This document shows, piece by piece, positions 41,570 to 54,436 of a stretch of DNA of 64,000 bases. This stretch comes from Octopus sinensis (taxonomy: Eukaryota). The notes under the pieces were generated by a model. The model did not search any database. It saw only the letters and a program-made list of their open reading frames with translations, and was not told the origin of the DNA. Positions within the stretch are counted from its first letter, which is position 1. Every line of letters starts with the position of its first letter. Made by a program: the position numbers and the translations under genes. Location: positions 19,964,001 to 20,028,000 of the forward strand of contig NC_042998.1 of assembly GCF_006345805.1 (NCBI RefSeq), read 5' to 3'.

Positions 41570-42540
41570 AATTATGGGTGAAGTTGTGAACAATATTGTG
41601 ACGGAAGGTTCACCAGTGCAAGCGGTCAGTTATGTTGCGGTCACTGGCAAAAGCCTGTCAGCAGAGGTACTGCACGTTAGAGAAATTAGATTGAAGGAGA
41701 AAAACTTCAAGAAATATAATGATTTACTGAGAAATGAAGGAGATAGATTGAGGTTTACGCCTCCCAAGGAAGTGAGAGAAAAAAAAACGAGAAGAAAACA
41801 ACGGGATACAGACCGCTGAATATTGCAATGAAAAAAGTGGCAATAGTAGCGGCGGAGGTGGTCTAGGAGTGCCTAAGAGAAGAGAAGAATGTAACGACAT
41901 ATTACAATATAGAAAGGAAATACGGCACAGTGGAGGTACGCTTCGTTTGTGAAGAAGAAGCGAGAAAATACTCCACTGTGCCTTTGTGATCAGCGGGGTG
42001 GGCACTACTAACGACTGTGGCAAACGTGCGTCCAGAGTAAGAATAGGTAGAGTGCTCCCAGAAATTGATGAGGTGTGGCTGGTGGCAGCCATCCCCTTCA
42101 ATACAGAGGGCACCGAAATATTGAAAATATCGAGAACTACAGAGGGGAACTTGTGGGGTATGGACTAGAAGTATTTGTCCATGTAAGTTTACCAGAGTCC
42201 ACAAGATTGCGGAAGAACTGATGCTGCCAGACGAAACAAGGTTAAGAATAGTGGTGGAAAGAAGACCGCCTGTAAATTTTCTATGTGGAGTAAGGGGACA
42301 CATGAAAGCTAAGTGTCCTAGAAACACGAAGAGGGAGCAGAGAGAGAAGGAATATCAGGAAGAAGAGGGTGCAACTGTAGAGGAGGAGAAAATGGAAGAG
42401 CAATATACAGTGGTAAAAAAGGAAAAAGTGCAATACAGACTCACCGCCAAAAAGTCCTAGGAAGAAAAGAAAGGTAAGTGGAGAGGAGGAGCAGAGTGAA
42501 AAACAAGAGAATACGAATGAGATGAGAAAAATGAAAAGTC
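41570..42540 (+). mobile_element. Decayed LINE ORF1 (gag-like zinc knuckle)
   Basis: Broken frames RVRIGRVLPEIDEVWLVAA and LRIVVERRPPVNFLCGVRGHMKAKCP (CCHC with first C lost), followed by an E/K-rich tail. Confidence 0.7.
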
Positions 42541-42634
42541 TACAAAAGTAAGTGATAGATGCATTTAATTTATGGGTATTTGTTGGGGTCTAATGTCTCC
42601 CAAACGCTCCGATACCCCCTAGAATCCTTATATT

Positions 42635-43017
42635 CTTTTCTTTTATTCGTTTACTTGTTTCAGTCATTTGATTGCGGCCATGCTGGAGCACCGCCTTTAA
42701 TCGCGCAACTCGACCCCGGGACTTATTCTTTTGTAAGCGCAGTACTTATTCTATCGCTCCTCTTTTGCCGAACCGCTAAGTAACGGGGACATAAACACAC
42801 CAGCATCGGTTGTCAAGCAATGCTAGGGGGACAAACACAGACACACAAACACATACATACATATATATGTATATATACGACAGGCTTCTTTCAGTTTCCG
42901 TCTACCAAATCCACTCACAAGGCATTGGTTGGCCCGAGGCTATAGTAGAAGACACTTGCCCAAGGTGCCACGCAGTGGGACTGACCCCGGATACACATGG
43001 TCAGTAAACAAGCTACT
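42635..43017 (-). mobile_element. CORE-type SINE (family B)
   Basis: Near full-length match to 59487-59888. Confidence 0.9.
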
Positions 43018-43230
43018 AGTTTATTTTTAATGATTTAACTATTTTAATGGGAGATTTAAAACTTAAAATTTAGACCCAAATCTTACCTTATATCCAGCTC
43101 AGATGTTACACAAAAATCTATTCGCATACTACTAGATAGCAAACCTCCGTACACAAACTACTAAAATACTATCACACGTTCTTTCAACCACAATGGTAGT
43201 TGCAGCTAATATTTTACAATTAAAAGACGG

Positions 43231-43640
43231 TCATTTTATTTATATTACTGATTATTTCCACCCACTATAAATAAACATTTCAAAAACATTACTTTACATC
43301 TATATTATCAAATTCATTATATTTTCCTAAGATCCGACATCTAACGTTAACTTTGTATAAAACGCACATATAACTAATCACTATTTACTAAGAGGGCAAT
43401 TTGTTAATTAATAAATATCATTAACGCACAGTCATTTTAATATTTATATTACAGATTATTTCCACCCACAATAAATAAACATTTGAAATAGACACTTAAC
43501 ATCTATATTAATAAAATCACTATATTTTCCGAAAATCCGACATCTAACGTTAACTTTATATGAAACGCACATAATACTAAATGTTATTTACTAAGAGGTC
43601 AATCCGTTAATTAATAATTATTGATTATAATCACGAACGC
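43231..43640. repeat. Diverged tandem duplication with ~200-bp units
   Basis: Shared GATTATTTCCACCCAC, ATCCGACATCTAACGTTAACTTT and TATTTACTAAGAGG blocks. Confidence 0.88.
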
Positions 43641-43935
43641 ATCTCAATACTCGTGATTGCTTTTAACCGAAAATACATCGCACACCCACACATTTAGCGA
43701 TCATCTTTAATATCTCTCATCACGTTTGTTAACTTCGCCCCGCTAATTTCTCTCCATTTTTAGTAGTGTTTGCTAGCACCAATGATTTAGCTCCTCCCAT
43801 CAGAAAACTGTATTCTACGTATTGTTTTTTTCTATGAGATTCAGAATAGAAAAACAAAAGCGCAATCGTGCGAAATTTGAAGGTCATTCAGGGTCAATGT
43901 GCGTGTGTACATGTATGTAGTATATACATACACAT

Positions 43936-44163
43936 ATTTTTTTATTGCCCACAGGGGGCTAAGCATAGAGGGGACAAACAAGAACAGGCGATGGGATTAA
44001 GTCGATTACATCGACCCGAGTGCGTAACAGGTACTTATTTAATCGACCCCGAAAGGATGAAAGTCAAAGTCGACCTCGGCGGAATTTGAACTCAGAACGT
44101 AAAGACAGACGAAATACCGCAAATTTCGTCCGGCGTTCTAACGTTTCTGCCAGCTCGCCGCCT
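43936..44163 (-). mobile_element. Family A long-tail SINE
   Basis: Full head and tail; abuts a (TA)n tract. Confidence 0.92.
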
Positions 44164-44166
44164 TTC

Positions 44167-44634
<468 letters not shown>

Positions 44635-45863
44635 ATCACATGTATGTAATTGTGTATGCATATGTGTCTGTCTTTCAGATACACATTGGAAGAAGGCTTG
44701 TCATTGCATGATTGTGTGGGTCAGCGATTTTGAGGACGAAAAAGAGACAATATCTGCATTTAGCCATCTGCTTGTAAATTATATACATTCAAAAATTATT
44801 TCACAATAAAATGCCCATCTTATATCTTCTGAAGGATTCCTCATGAACGTAAGAACACTAGTAAATAATATATATGCATATATCGTTAACTCTACCATTG
44901 TTTTTCGTACACCTCGTTCAACTTTTCGTTAATGTTTTCCTAATTATGACGAAACCCACCATTGTTAACAGCACTGTCTCAATACCTTTGAAAGATTGTA
45001 AATAATAGTTTTCAAAGAATCTACCCGTACACAGTTAGCAAAGAAACAACTTAAATATTCTATTCATCGTTTCAAATTTTGGCAAAAGGCTGGCAATTTT
45101 TTAAGGAGGTCAAGAGGCTGATTACATCGATTCCATTATTCTTCAAGTGCTACTTATTTTAGTGATTTGGAAAGGATAGAAGGAGAAGCCGACCTCAGTG
45201 GAATTTGAAGCCTGACTGTAAAGAGCCGATGTCAAATATAGTGGTGATACCAGCAGACGATTTCTCGAAGAGCGCGAGTTGACACGAATAGACTAGACTG
45301 TTTTATTCGACTCCCCTATGAACTTAATCTAACCAGAAATAGCAAAGTGTAAATAAGAACTTCACGTGGGATCCCATTTTTGTACCTGTGGAATAATGAA
45401 ACCCAAGAACTACCGGCCCATTATTGGTTTTCCTTTTCTGTCTCAAGAAATGATAAAAAGAAATACAAGTACAAGATTGTTTTGAAGAACTATTAAGTTT
45501 TTTATATAGACTCTCTTTACGGAATCATTAGTAATATAGCCACGGCCCATATAACATTGCAACTCTTGAAATAATTACTTTCCGAGAACATGTCCCTTAC
45601 CCTAATGCTCCAAATATATTATTATAGAAACACAAAAACAATGGGATTATTACTATTCAGATTAATTGATGCAATCATACCATTTTGTGGGTAATGTCTT
45701 GAATCTCTCAAAAACACAATTTTCATCCCGAGATTCACAGTTTCGCTAGTACTGTTTGGGTATACGCGATGGAAACTGATTTGCTACCGATTTGGGCAGA
45801 AAGCAGAAAATTGATGGTGAAATAAATTTGAACTATCGACACAGTACATGCCTGATATTGTAT

Positions 45864-46261
45864 GTGGAGGCGCAATGGCCTAGTGGTTAGGGCAGCGGAC
45901 TCGCGGTCATAGGATCGCGGTTTCGATTCCCAGACCGGGTGTTGTGAGTGTTTATTGAGCGAAGACACCTAAAGCTCCACGAGGCTCCGGCAGGGGATGG
46001 TGGTGATCCCTGCTGTACTCTTTCACCACGACTTTCTCTCACTCTTACTTCCTGTTTCTGTTGTACCTGTATTTCAAAGGGCCGGCCTCGTCACTCTCTG
46101 TGTCACGCTGAATATCCCCGAGAACTACGTTAAGGGCACACGTGTCTGTACACGTGTCTGTGGAGCCACTTACACGTTAATTTCACGAGCAGGCTGTTCC
46201 GTTGATTCGGATCAACCGGAACCCTCGTCGTCGTAACCGACGTGTGCTTCCATCCATCATC
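45864..46261 (+). mobile_element. Family C tRNA-SINE, full length, 10-bp TSD
   Basis: TSD GATATTGTAT at 45854-63 and 46262-71. Confidence 0.93.
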
Positions 46262-47199
46262 GATATTGTATTTTATTGACCCTGGGAATATGACAAGCAT
46301 TTGAACTCGGACGTAAAAACCGGATCAAATAACACAAGGTATTTCTTCTGACGCTTTAACAATTTCGTCAACTCACCACTTTTGATATTACAAATATGAG
46401 ATACCGTAACACTCTATGGATTTCGAAAGGAACGCAGATACATCAGTTGTATCCCATTCTTTATCTCCTATAAATATATGTTTTGTTGTCTTTGCAAAAA
46501 TGCAATATCCTTATTATTAATAATTATAACGTTTAATGTATTTGTTTTAATCTTATGTAAATGCAGACGGCATTGATTCAACTTCTGTATGTAACAAAAT
46601 GTACGTCTATAGCATTTGAAACATTAATTGTATGTTTGCTCTCAAACGATAATATACGACATTCAATTATCTATTGTTTATCTTATGAAGTAACTAAATA
46701 TTACCAGCGAAAGATAACATGATGCTTTTTCTGAAGAATGTATTCAATTGTTTTGACTAGAGAATAGTTCAGCATTATTCTATACTTACCTGCAGGGAAT
46801 TGGTAAGTATTGATTAAATCAGCTTCGTATAACAGGTAGTTTCGAGTCGGCCGAAGTAGAATTTCAGTTTAGATCACAGAGTATAGAATATACACAAATT
46901 CTAGAATTCAAATGTTTTCTTGGAACTCACACACTTTACCATTCTCTAAATCTTTAATATATATGAATATCTATCAAATAATTGCGAGATCAAGTTTTTT
47001 TACAGGAATGTAATGAAAGTCTCAAACCAAAATATTTTCCCTCTGTATTGAGGCAAAATGATCAAAAATATAAACCCGACGATCGAGAGTTGGGTGTAAA
47101 TGTAAGGCATGGTTCCTGCTAATTAAATTATCCTAAAAGAGAATATCTTAATTTTCCTTTTCTTAAGCACAGAAATCAGGTATTGAATCCACTCTAGTA

Positions 47200-47412
47200 T
47201 TCTTTTCTACTCTAGGCACAAGGCCTGAAATTTTGGGAGAGGGGCCAGTCGATTTGATCGACCCCAGTACGCAATTGGTAGTTAATTTATCGACCCCTAA
47301 AGGATGAAAGGCAAAGTCGGCCTCGGCAGAATTTGAACTCAGAACGTAAAGACAGACGAAATACAGCCAAGCATTTCGCTCGGCGTGCTAACGTTTCAGC
47401 CAGCTCGCCGAC
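47200..47412 (-). mobile_element. Family A short-tail SINE
   Basis: Head plus core plus tail TTTTCTACTCTAGGCACAAGGCC (on + strand). Confidence 0.9.
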
Positions 47413-48310
47413 TTTTTTAAAGAATAAGTAAAGAGTGTATAAGTAAAGAGTGTATACTTCAAGGGTTATTGCACTTTGATAAGCACCACATAAAACCCAA
47501 TCTACTCTAGTATTCTGAAAGCAACCTCAACCACTGCGAAATTCGAAATCAAATATCACAAGGTATTTAGTTTGTAACTCTACCAGATATTCCAGCATAT
47601 CATCTACCCTTTTCTAAAATTGAAAGAGCCAGACAGGCTCTTTACCTCCTGGGTTTAAATTACACCGAGGTCATATATAGAGCCGATGAAATAAATGTTT
47701 AACCAACTGTTCGGACGATAACTCTTTCCCCTTCCAGCTTGTTAAATATTGGAAGTCCCGTTGGGTTTTGAAGTGTGTTCGGGATTATATCTATGTCTAA
47801 TCGCAACAACATGGACACGAAAAATGGATTTAGATAATCATTGTACATCTTGATAACAAGTCGTGCGAGATTAATAGTGATATTGCATGTTAGTTAAGAA
47901 TAAGATACGTAGAAAGGAAGGAAATTGGCATAATCATTAGAGTGATTATGTAAATACCTTGGGTTCATCGATCAGGTATTGCGAAGGTAGATTTCAATTT
48001 CATGTCTCTATGATCGATGTAAGTATTTGCCAAGGTAATGCTAATTATATAATCGTCTTTATGCATCACCTTATGTTTATTTTAGACATAAATATATTAG
48101 AATATTAGACAGAGGCTATATAAAGCAGGTATCGTGATATTTATAACTAAATCATTTCCATCAGTGTTGCTGTTTAGACCAAGGGCAATCCTGGTGCAAC
48201 GAACATCGTTTCAAATATTGTCATTACCAACAAGCGTAGTTTATCACGCTCAATATTATCCAATATGTTCTATTTTTCTTTTCTAAAGACAGTTGGGCGT
48301 AATCTTAGTA

Positions 48311-49106
48311 CTTTACTGCACACAAGGAGCTACACACACAGGGACAAACAAGGACAGACAAACGGATTAAGTCCATTGTATCGACCCAGTGCGCAGCTGA
48401 TACTTATTTAATCGACCACGAAAGGAGGAAAGGCAAAGTCGACCTCGGCGGAATTTGAACTCAGAACGTAGCGGCAGACGAAATACCTATTTCTTTACTA
48501 CCCACAAGGGGCTAAACACAGAGGGGACAAACAAGGACAGACAAACGGATTAAGTCGATTATATCGACCGCAGTGTGTAACTGGTACTTATTTAATCGAC
48601 CCCGAAAGGATGAATGGCAAAGTTGACCTCGGCAGAATTTGAACTCAGAACGTAACGGCAGACGAAATGCCGCTGCGTATTTCGTCCGGCGTGCTAACGT
48701 TTCTACCAGCACGCCACCTGAATCAATCTCGGCAGAATTTGAACTCAGAACGTAGAGGCAGACGAAATACCTATTTCTTTTCTACCCACAAGGGGCCAAA
48801 CACAGAGAGGACAAACAAGGACAGACATAGGTATTAAGTCGATTACATCGACACCAGTGCGTAACTGGTACTTTATTTATCGACCCCAGAAGGATGAAAG
48901 GCAAAGTCGACCTCGGTGGAATTTGAACTCAGAACGTAGCGGCAGACGAAATACCGCCAAGCATTTCGCCCGGCATACTAACGTTTCTGCCAGCTCGACG
49001 CCTGTTGAATCGACATCGGCGGAATTTGAACTCAGAACATACAGACAGAAGAAATACCGCTGAGCATTTCGCCCAGCGTGCTAACGTTTCTGCCGGTTCA
49101 CCGCCT
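48311..49106 (-). mobile_element. Family A SINE nested/tandem cluster
   Basis: Three heads and three long tails; AAAGAAATA|GGTATTTC junctions at ~48487 and ~48771. Confidence 0.92.
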
Positions 49107-50294
49107 CCAGTCGTGCATAATCCGAAAGACATTTGGTTGTTATTTCTACCAGGTCTATCGACCGCATTTATCTTCTCTTTTGGCTAATTTGAGTCACTGC
49201 TGTCGAACAACGAGTTCGTGCGGTGTACTGGGTGTTTATCTGAATATTGACATCGGCACTATTGCTTCTTCGAATATCAATATTATCATAAGTGTTACTG
49301 AGGTTAATGCTAATATTATTCCTGGAGTTCCTAACTTAAATTCCACAACAGTTGCTACTGCGGTTGTGGTTGATTATCTGAAGAGATTATTGAATAGCAA
49401 CCGATGAAATATCGATTTTTTTTACTTAGAAACAAGAACGAAAGTTTACAGAAATTGACCGAAATGAATAAGATTCTGTGACTTAGATGCGTTTCTCAGG
49501 GACATTTGTGGTTTATATAAAAGTTTACAAGTTTCTCCTACTGGCACACAGAATGAGTAAATATCGGATGCTTAACTAGTTGTTTCACCTGCTAGAGATA
49601 GCAGCCAAATATCATTGAAATTATTTTTTTTCTGCAGATTTAACAAAGGAAGTGCATATTATACTAAATGTTTGTTCAGTGACGGATGAGTTGAGATTAA
49701 ATAACCACCGCAGCACTTATAATGCTCAGTCTACTAGACTACCATATGCTCCACAATAAAACAATAAAAACACAGATGACAGATCCTGATGTATTAAAAA
49801 ATCAAGCCTCGGTGTAATTGCGGCCTACACAGGGAATCGATAAATGAGATTGTTATTTCAAGAAAATAAAACAGCTAGATCCCCCACAAATAACACCATT
49901 TTAAGAAAATTTTCGATAATAGAGAGTTAAATATTCTATATTTTACTAAAAGACTGCCGGTCATATAATCGATTCTCTTAGTTCTAATTTCAACAATGTG
50001 CACGTATAATCGGATCATTGCTTTAACAATTCATCAGTTCTTCCAATCTAGAAAGTTCTAACACACGAGATACATTAACCAAGAGATAATTTTTAGAAGC
50101 AAATGAAAGAACATCGATGTTCTAGAGTTGGAAACTATAATCTTCATGTTGCTCTCCAATCGTTTTGATGGAGTTATTGATTGATGTATTGTTAATAAGT
50201 ATTTTATATTTTACTTGTTAAAGTCATTAGAATGCGACCATGTGTCAGTTTTTAAGCCTGGGACTTATTCTATCTTTTCTTACACACACACACA

Positions 50295-50354
<60 letters not shown>

Positions 50355-50506
50355 CATATATGAGTTCAGTATGCGGCAAAGTAATTTATTTTACTAAGCC
50401 CTTTTATATAATGTAATAATTTGAATTCGCCTTAAATGGTCCCTTTGCATACTGAATACTTGGTGAAATTGATTAATTAATTAATTTTACCCTCAATTGT
50501 TGAAAT

Positions 50507-50544
<38 letters not shown>

Positions 50545-50697
50545 TGAGTTCAGTATGCGGCAAAGTAATTTATTTTACTAAGCCCTTTTATATAATGTAA
50601 TAATTTGAATTCGCCTTAAATGGTCCCTTTGCATACTGAATACTTGGTGAAATTGATTAATTAATTAATTTTACCCTCAATTGTTGAAATTATATAC

Positions 50698-50705
<8 letters not shown>
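50355..50705. repeat. Perfect tandem duplication (period ~184 bp) separated by (TA)n
   Basis: Two identical copies of ATGAGTTCAGTATGCGG...GTTGAAATTATATACA. Confidence 0.95.
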
Positions 50706-50743
<38 letters not shown>

Positions 50744-50744
<1 letters not shown>

Positions 50745-51697
50745 AATAGTAAAAAGGGAAAAAAACTACAGAAGGCTTGTTTTAAAAGGTTAAAAAATAT
50801 ATATTTGAGTCAATATGTCTAAAGAATATTATAAATTTTTTTTTACAATGACATAGTTTAGAAGAAATGACCGGTTTCGTGTTCAGCTTTTCAAATTTCT
50901 AACATCGTTATGTTTATGTTGAGGAGAGTTATCGTTATGTTGAGGAGAGTTCTAGATAAGGGGAGGTAATGAGTGATTTCTTCCGGTGTAAGGGAGATCA
51001 TCGCTTAAAATTTTTTGTCTTTCCTCTGGAGTGAATTTCTCTGTATAAGTATGTTGGAATGGTTAAGTCTGGGCTTGTACTTTTCAATGAAGAATGTTTC
51101 CTTGTTTAGTCTAATTTGTGTTGGTTTTCCGATAGCACATTGGTAAAATGGAAAGATTAAAAATTGTGGTAGTAGTTGCTTTGCGCATTTCTCAATGTGC
51201 TCACTAAAAGGTATCATTCTGTATTCTGGGAATGCAATCTGTTGTCGATGCAGTGTGCATCTACGTCTGAGTGATAGTCCCGTGGATCCCACGTAGTCTT
51301 GGTGGCAGCCCGAGCATTTTATGACATAAATTATGTTTTCAGAGGCACAATTAAAGTTAGATTTGATCTTGAATTTCTGTCCCTCTTTGAAGAGGAATTC
51401 TGATCCTTCTAGCAGGTTTGGACATGTTGCACAGTTCGGTCTACCACATTTTTTTACTTTTGCATCCGTAATTTCAGAAAACAATTTTGCCTTTGTGAGA
51501 ATCTTTTTAAGTGATTTAGGTTGTTTGTAGCTTTTAATGATTTGATGTATGTTTAAAATTTCCTTTAATGTGGGGTCCTTATGATGATGGTGAAGGCTTC
51601 TTTGTTTCTGGGGTTGTATGTGGACATATTGACTCAAATATATATTTTTTAACCTTTTAAAACAAGCCTTCTGTAGTTTTTTCACTTTTTACTATTT
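50744..51697 (-). mobile_element. 5'-truncated Penelope-like element with ~75-bp inverted terminal copies
   Basis: 50744-50819 is the reverse complement of 51623-51697. Contains a GIY-YIG ORF and a degenerate hammerhead (AGAAAT TTGAAAA ... GAAAC CG GTC ATTTCT, 50863-50900). Confidence 0.88.
51005..51622 (-). pseudogene. PLE GIY-YIG endonuclease domain; open frame, no RT, no ATG
   Basis: CGRPNCATC, NCASENIIYVIKCSGC, YVGST, LRRRCTLH, SEH, KETFFIEKYKPRLN. The track's start (GTG) lies inside the inverted repeat. Confidence 0.88.
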
Positions 51698-51739
51698 TCT
51701 ATATATTCAACCACGTGCTTTCACAAACCAACTTTCTCA

Positions 51740-51803
<64 letters not shown>

Positions 51804-51804
51804 A

Positions 51805-52200
51805 TCTTATACTTGTTTCAGTCATTTGGCTGTGGCCATGCTGGAGGAACGCCTTGAGTTGAGCAAATCGTCCCCAGGACTTATTCTTTGTAAGTTTGTA
51901 AGCCTAATACTTATTCCATTGGACTCTTTTGCCGAACCGCTAAGTTACGGTGACGTAAACACACCAACATCGGTTGTCAAGCGATGTTGGGGGGACAAAC
52001 ACAGAAACACAAACACACACACACACGTACATACATATATATACATATATACGACGGGCTTCTTTCCGTTTCCGTTTGCGAAATCCATTCACAAGTCTGT
52101 GTTTTGCTCGAGACTATAGTAAAAGATACTTGCCCAATCTGTCATGCAGTGGAACTGAACCTCGAACTGAACCCGCAAACTTCGTTACCACACAGCCACG
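51805..52200 (-). mobile_element. CORE-type SINE (family B)
   Basis: Family B tail, (CA)n linker and head remnant. Confidence 0.85.
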
Positions 52201-52484
52201 TCTGTGTCTGTTATAGACTAAAATAAAAATTTCCAATTTATTTCTTCAAATGTCTTACGGAGATTTCTACCGAAAAAAATATGAGCAATATTGATTTCTA
52301 ACTCCGGTACAAGGCCAAAATATTGAATCAATATCCATAGATTATGTTGTTTTAATGAATGCTAGAAATAGTAGTTATATTTTCTTTAAATCTTCTGTCG
52401 GCCGATTTAGGTTTGACCTATGGCTATAGAATAGCGTCAGTTCTGTCTCCATTAATACAATGAAGATGTTTTGATTATATATTT

Positions 52485-52880
52485 GTGGTAAGTAGCTTGG
52501 TTACGAACCACATGGTTTCGGGTTCAGTCCCACTGCGTGGCACCTTGGGTGAGTCTCTTCTGCATAGCTTCGGGCCGACCAAAGCTTTGTGAGTTGATTT
52601 GAAGGACGGAAACTGAAAGAAGCCTGTCGCATATATGTATATCTATATGTATGTTTGTGTATATGATTGTGTGTCTGTGTTTGTCCCCCAACATCGCTTG
52701 ACGACAGATACTGGTGTGTTTACGTCCCCGTAACTTAGCGGTTCGGCAAAAGTGACCAATAGAATAAGTACTAGGCTTACAAAGAACAAGCCCTGGGGGC
52801 GATTTGCTCGACTAAAGGCGGTGCTCCAGCATGGCCACAGTCAAATGACTGAAACAAGTAAAAGAGAGCGTAAAAGAGAA
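52485..52880 (+). mobile_element. CORE-type SINE (family B)
   Basis: GTGGTAAGTAGCTTG...GGTTCAGTCCC...GGCACCTTGGG core and tail. Confidence 0.9.
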
Positions 52881-53656
52881 TGTCTCTTACAACATTTAAT
52901 TTGTGTCGCCGAAACAAAACAAAAAAATAATAAACGGAGAACCTTCCATGTGGCCAGTCGACCTGCTAGAAATAACACCCAAATCGCCCTCTTCTTACAA
53001 ATTGGATAATACATTCAAAGATAGCCTATGCCTGGAAGCCAAAACAAGATGTTCACATCTGGAATATCTTTGATCTTTCGTTTATTCGATCATGCCTGGC
53101 CTGCAGCTAATCAATATCAGCAATATGAACAACAACAACATAATATCAACATTATTGATATTCACTCAAGCATTTCCAATATTTCCGTATGAAAACTTCA
53201 TCGGAATTAGATTTTCCATCTGATATGGCGTAGACTTCGGAACATTGCCAGACACATGATACCGAAGCTGAAAGTACTACTGCTTCTGCGGCCCCCTCTT
53301 ACTGTTTCTATTCTTGGTATTGCTACTACTGTTCCTCCTAATGGTGCCGCTTCAACCTCTACCTTTCCTACACAGAAAAGCACACGTTTAAAAGCACATG
53401 TTCATTACCAAGTGGTCCGCATTCGGAAACATCAACGATCAAAGATAACCTACACAGAATTATTCTGTACTTTATGTATTCGGTACCATATAGTTCTTTT
53501 CTACGCTCTGAGTAAGCCTAGCTGAGTCTGATAAACAGAGCAGCCAAATCTGTCTGAAATCACAGCCTACTGTCTTAGAGAAGAAAGCTTTCATTAATAT
53601 GTACCTAATTTCTCTGCACACATGATAAAGGGATGTTTCCAGCTAGAAATACTAGG

Positions 53657-54436
53657 AGAAGGCGGCGAGCTGGCAGAATCGTCAGCACGCCGGGCAAAAT
53701 GCTCAGCGGTATTTCGTCTGCCGTTACGTTCTGAGTTCAAATTCCGCCGAGGTCGACTTTGCCTTTCATCCTTTCGGGATAAATTAAAGTACCAGTTACG
53801 CACTGGGGTCGATGTAATCGACTTAATACCTATGTCTGTCCTTGTTTGTCCCCTCTATGTTTAGCCCCTTGTGGGTAATAAAGAAATAGAAATAGGTATT
53901 TCGTATGCCGCTATTTTCTGAGTTCAAATTCCGCCGAGGTTGACTTTGCCTTTCATCCTTTTGGGGTCGATATACGCACTGGGGTCGATATAATCGACTT
54001 AATCCGTTTGTCTGTTCTTGTTTGTCCTCTCTGTGTTTAGCCCCTTGTGGGTAGTAAAGAAATAGGTATTTCGTCTGTCTTTACGTTATGAGTTCAAATT
54101 CCGCCGAGGTCGACTTTGCCTTTCATCACTTCGGGGTCGATAAATTAAGCATCAGTTACGCACTGGGGTCGATGTAATCGACTTAATCCGTTTGTCTGTC
54201 CTTGTTTGTCCCCTGTGTGTTTAGCCCCTTGTGGGTAGTAAAGAAATAGGTATTTCGTCTGTCTTTACGTTATGAATTCAAATTCCGCCGAGGTCGACTT
54301 TGCCCTTCATCCTTTCGGGGTCGATAAATTATGTACCAGTTACACACTGGGGTCGCTGTAATCGACTTAATCCCTTTGTACCTCTATCTTTGTTTGTCCC
54401 CTCTATGTTTAGCCGCTTGCAGGCAATAAAGAAATA
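53657..54436 (+). mobile_element. Family A SINE four-unit head-to-tail array inside one 12-bp TSD
   Basis: AGAAATACTAGG at 53645-56 and 54437-48; junctions AAATA|GGTATTTCG at ~53895, ~54065 and ~54249. Confidence 0.93.

Noticed and set aside
46781-46810. Opposed splice-like sites ACTTACCTGCAG/GGAATTG/GTAAGT (7-nt microexon)
   Set aside because: Such short motifs arise by chance in 64 kb.
51005-51685. Domesticated stand-alone GIY-YIG gene
   Set aside because: No ATG; the N-terminal codons come from the inverted terminal copy; context is a truncated PLE.
53657-54436. CRISPR-like or tRNA gene array
   Set aside because: Units are wholly homologous SINE bodies with no unique spacers; heads do not complete a tRNA cloverleaf.
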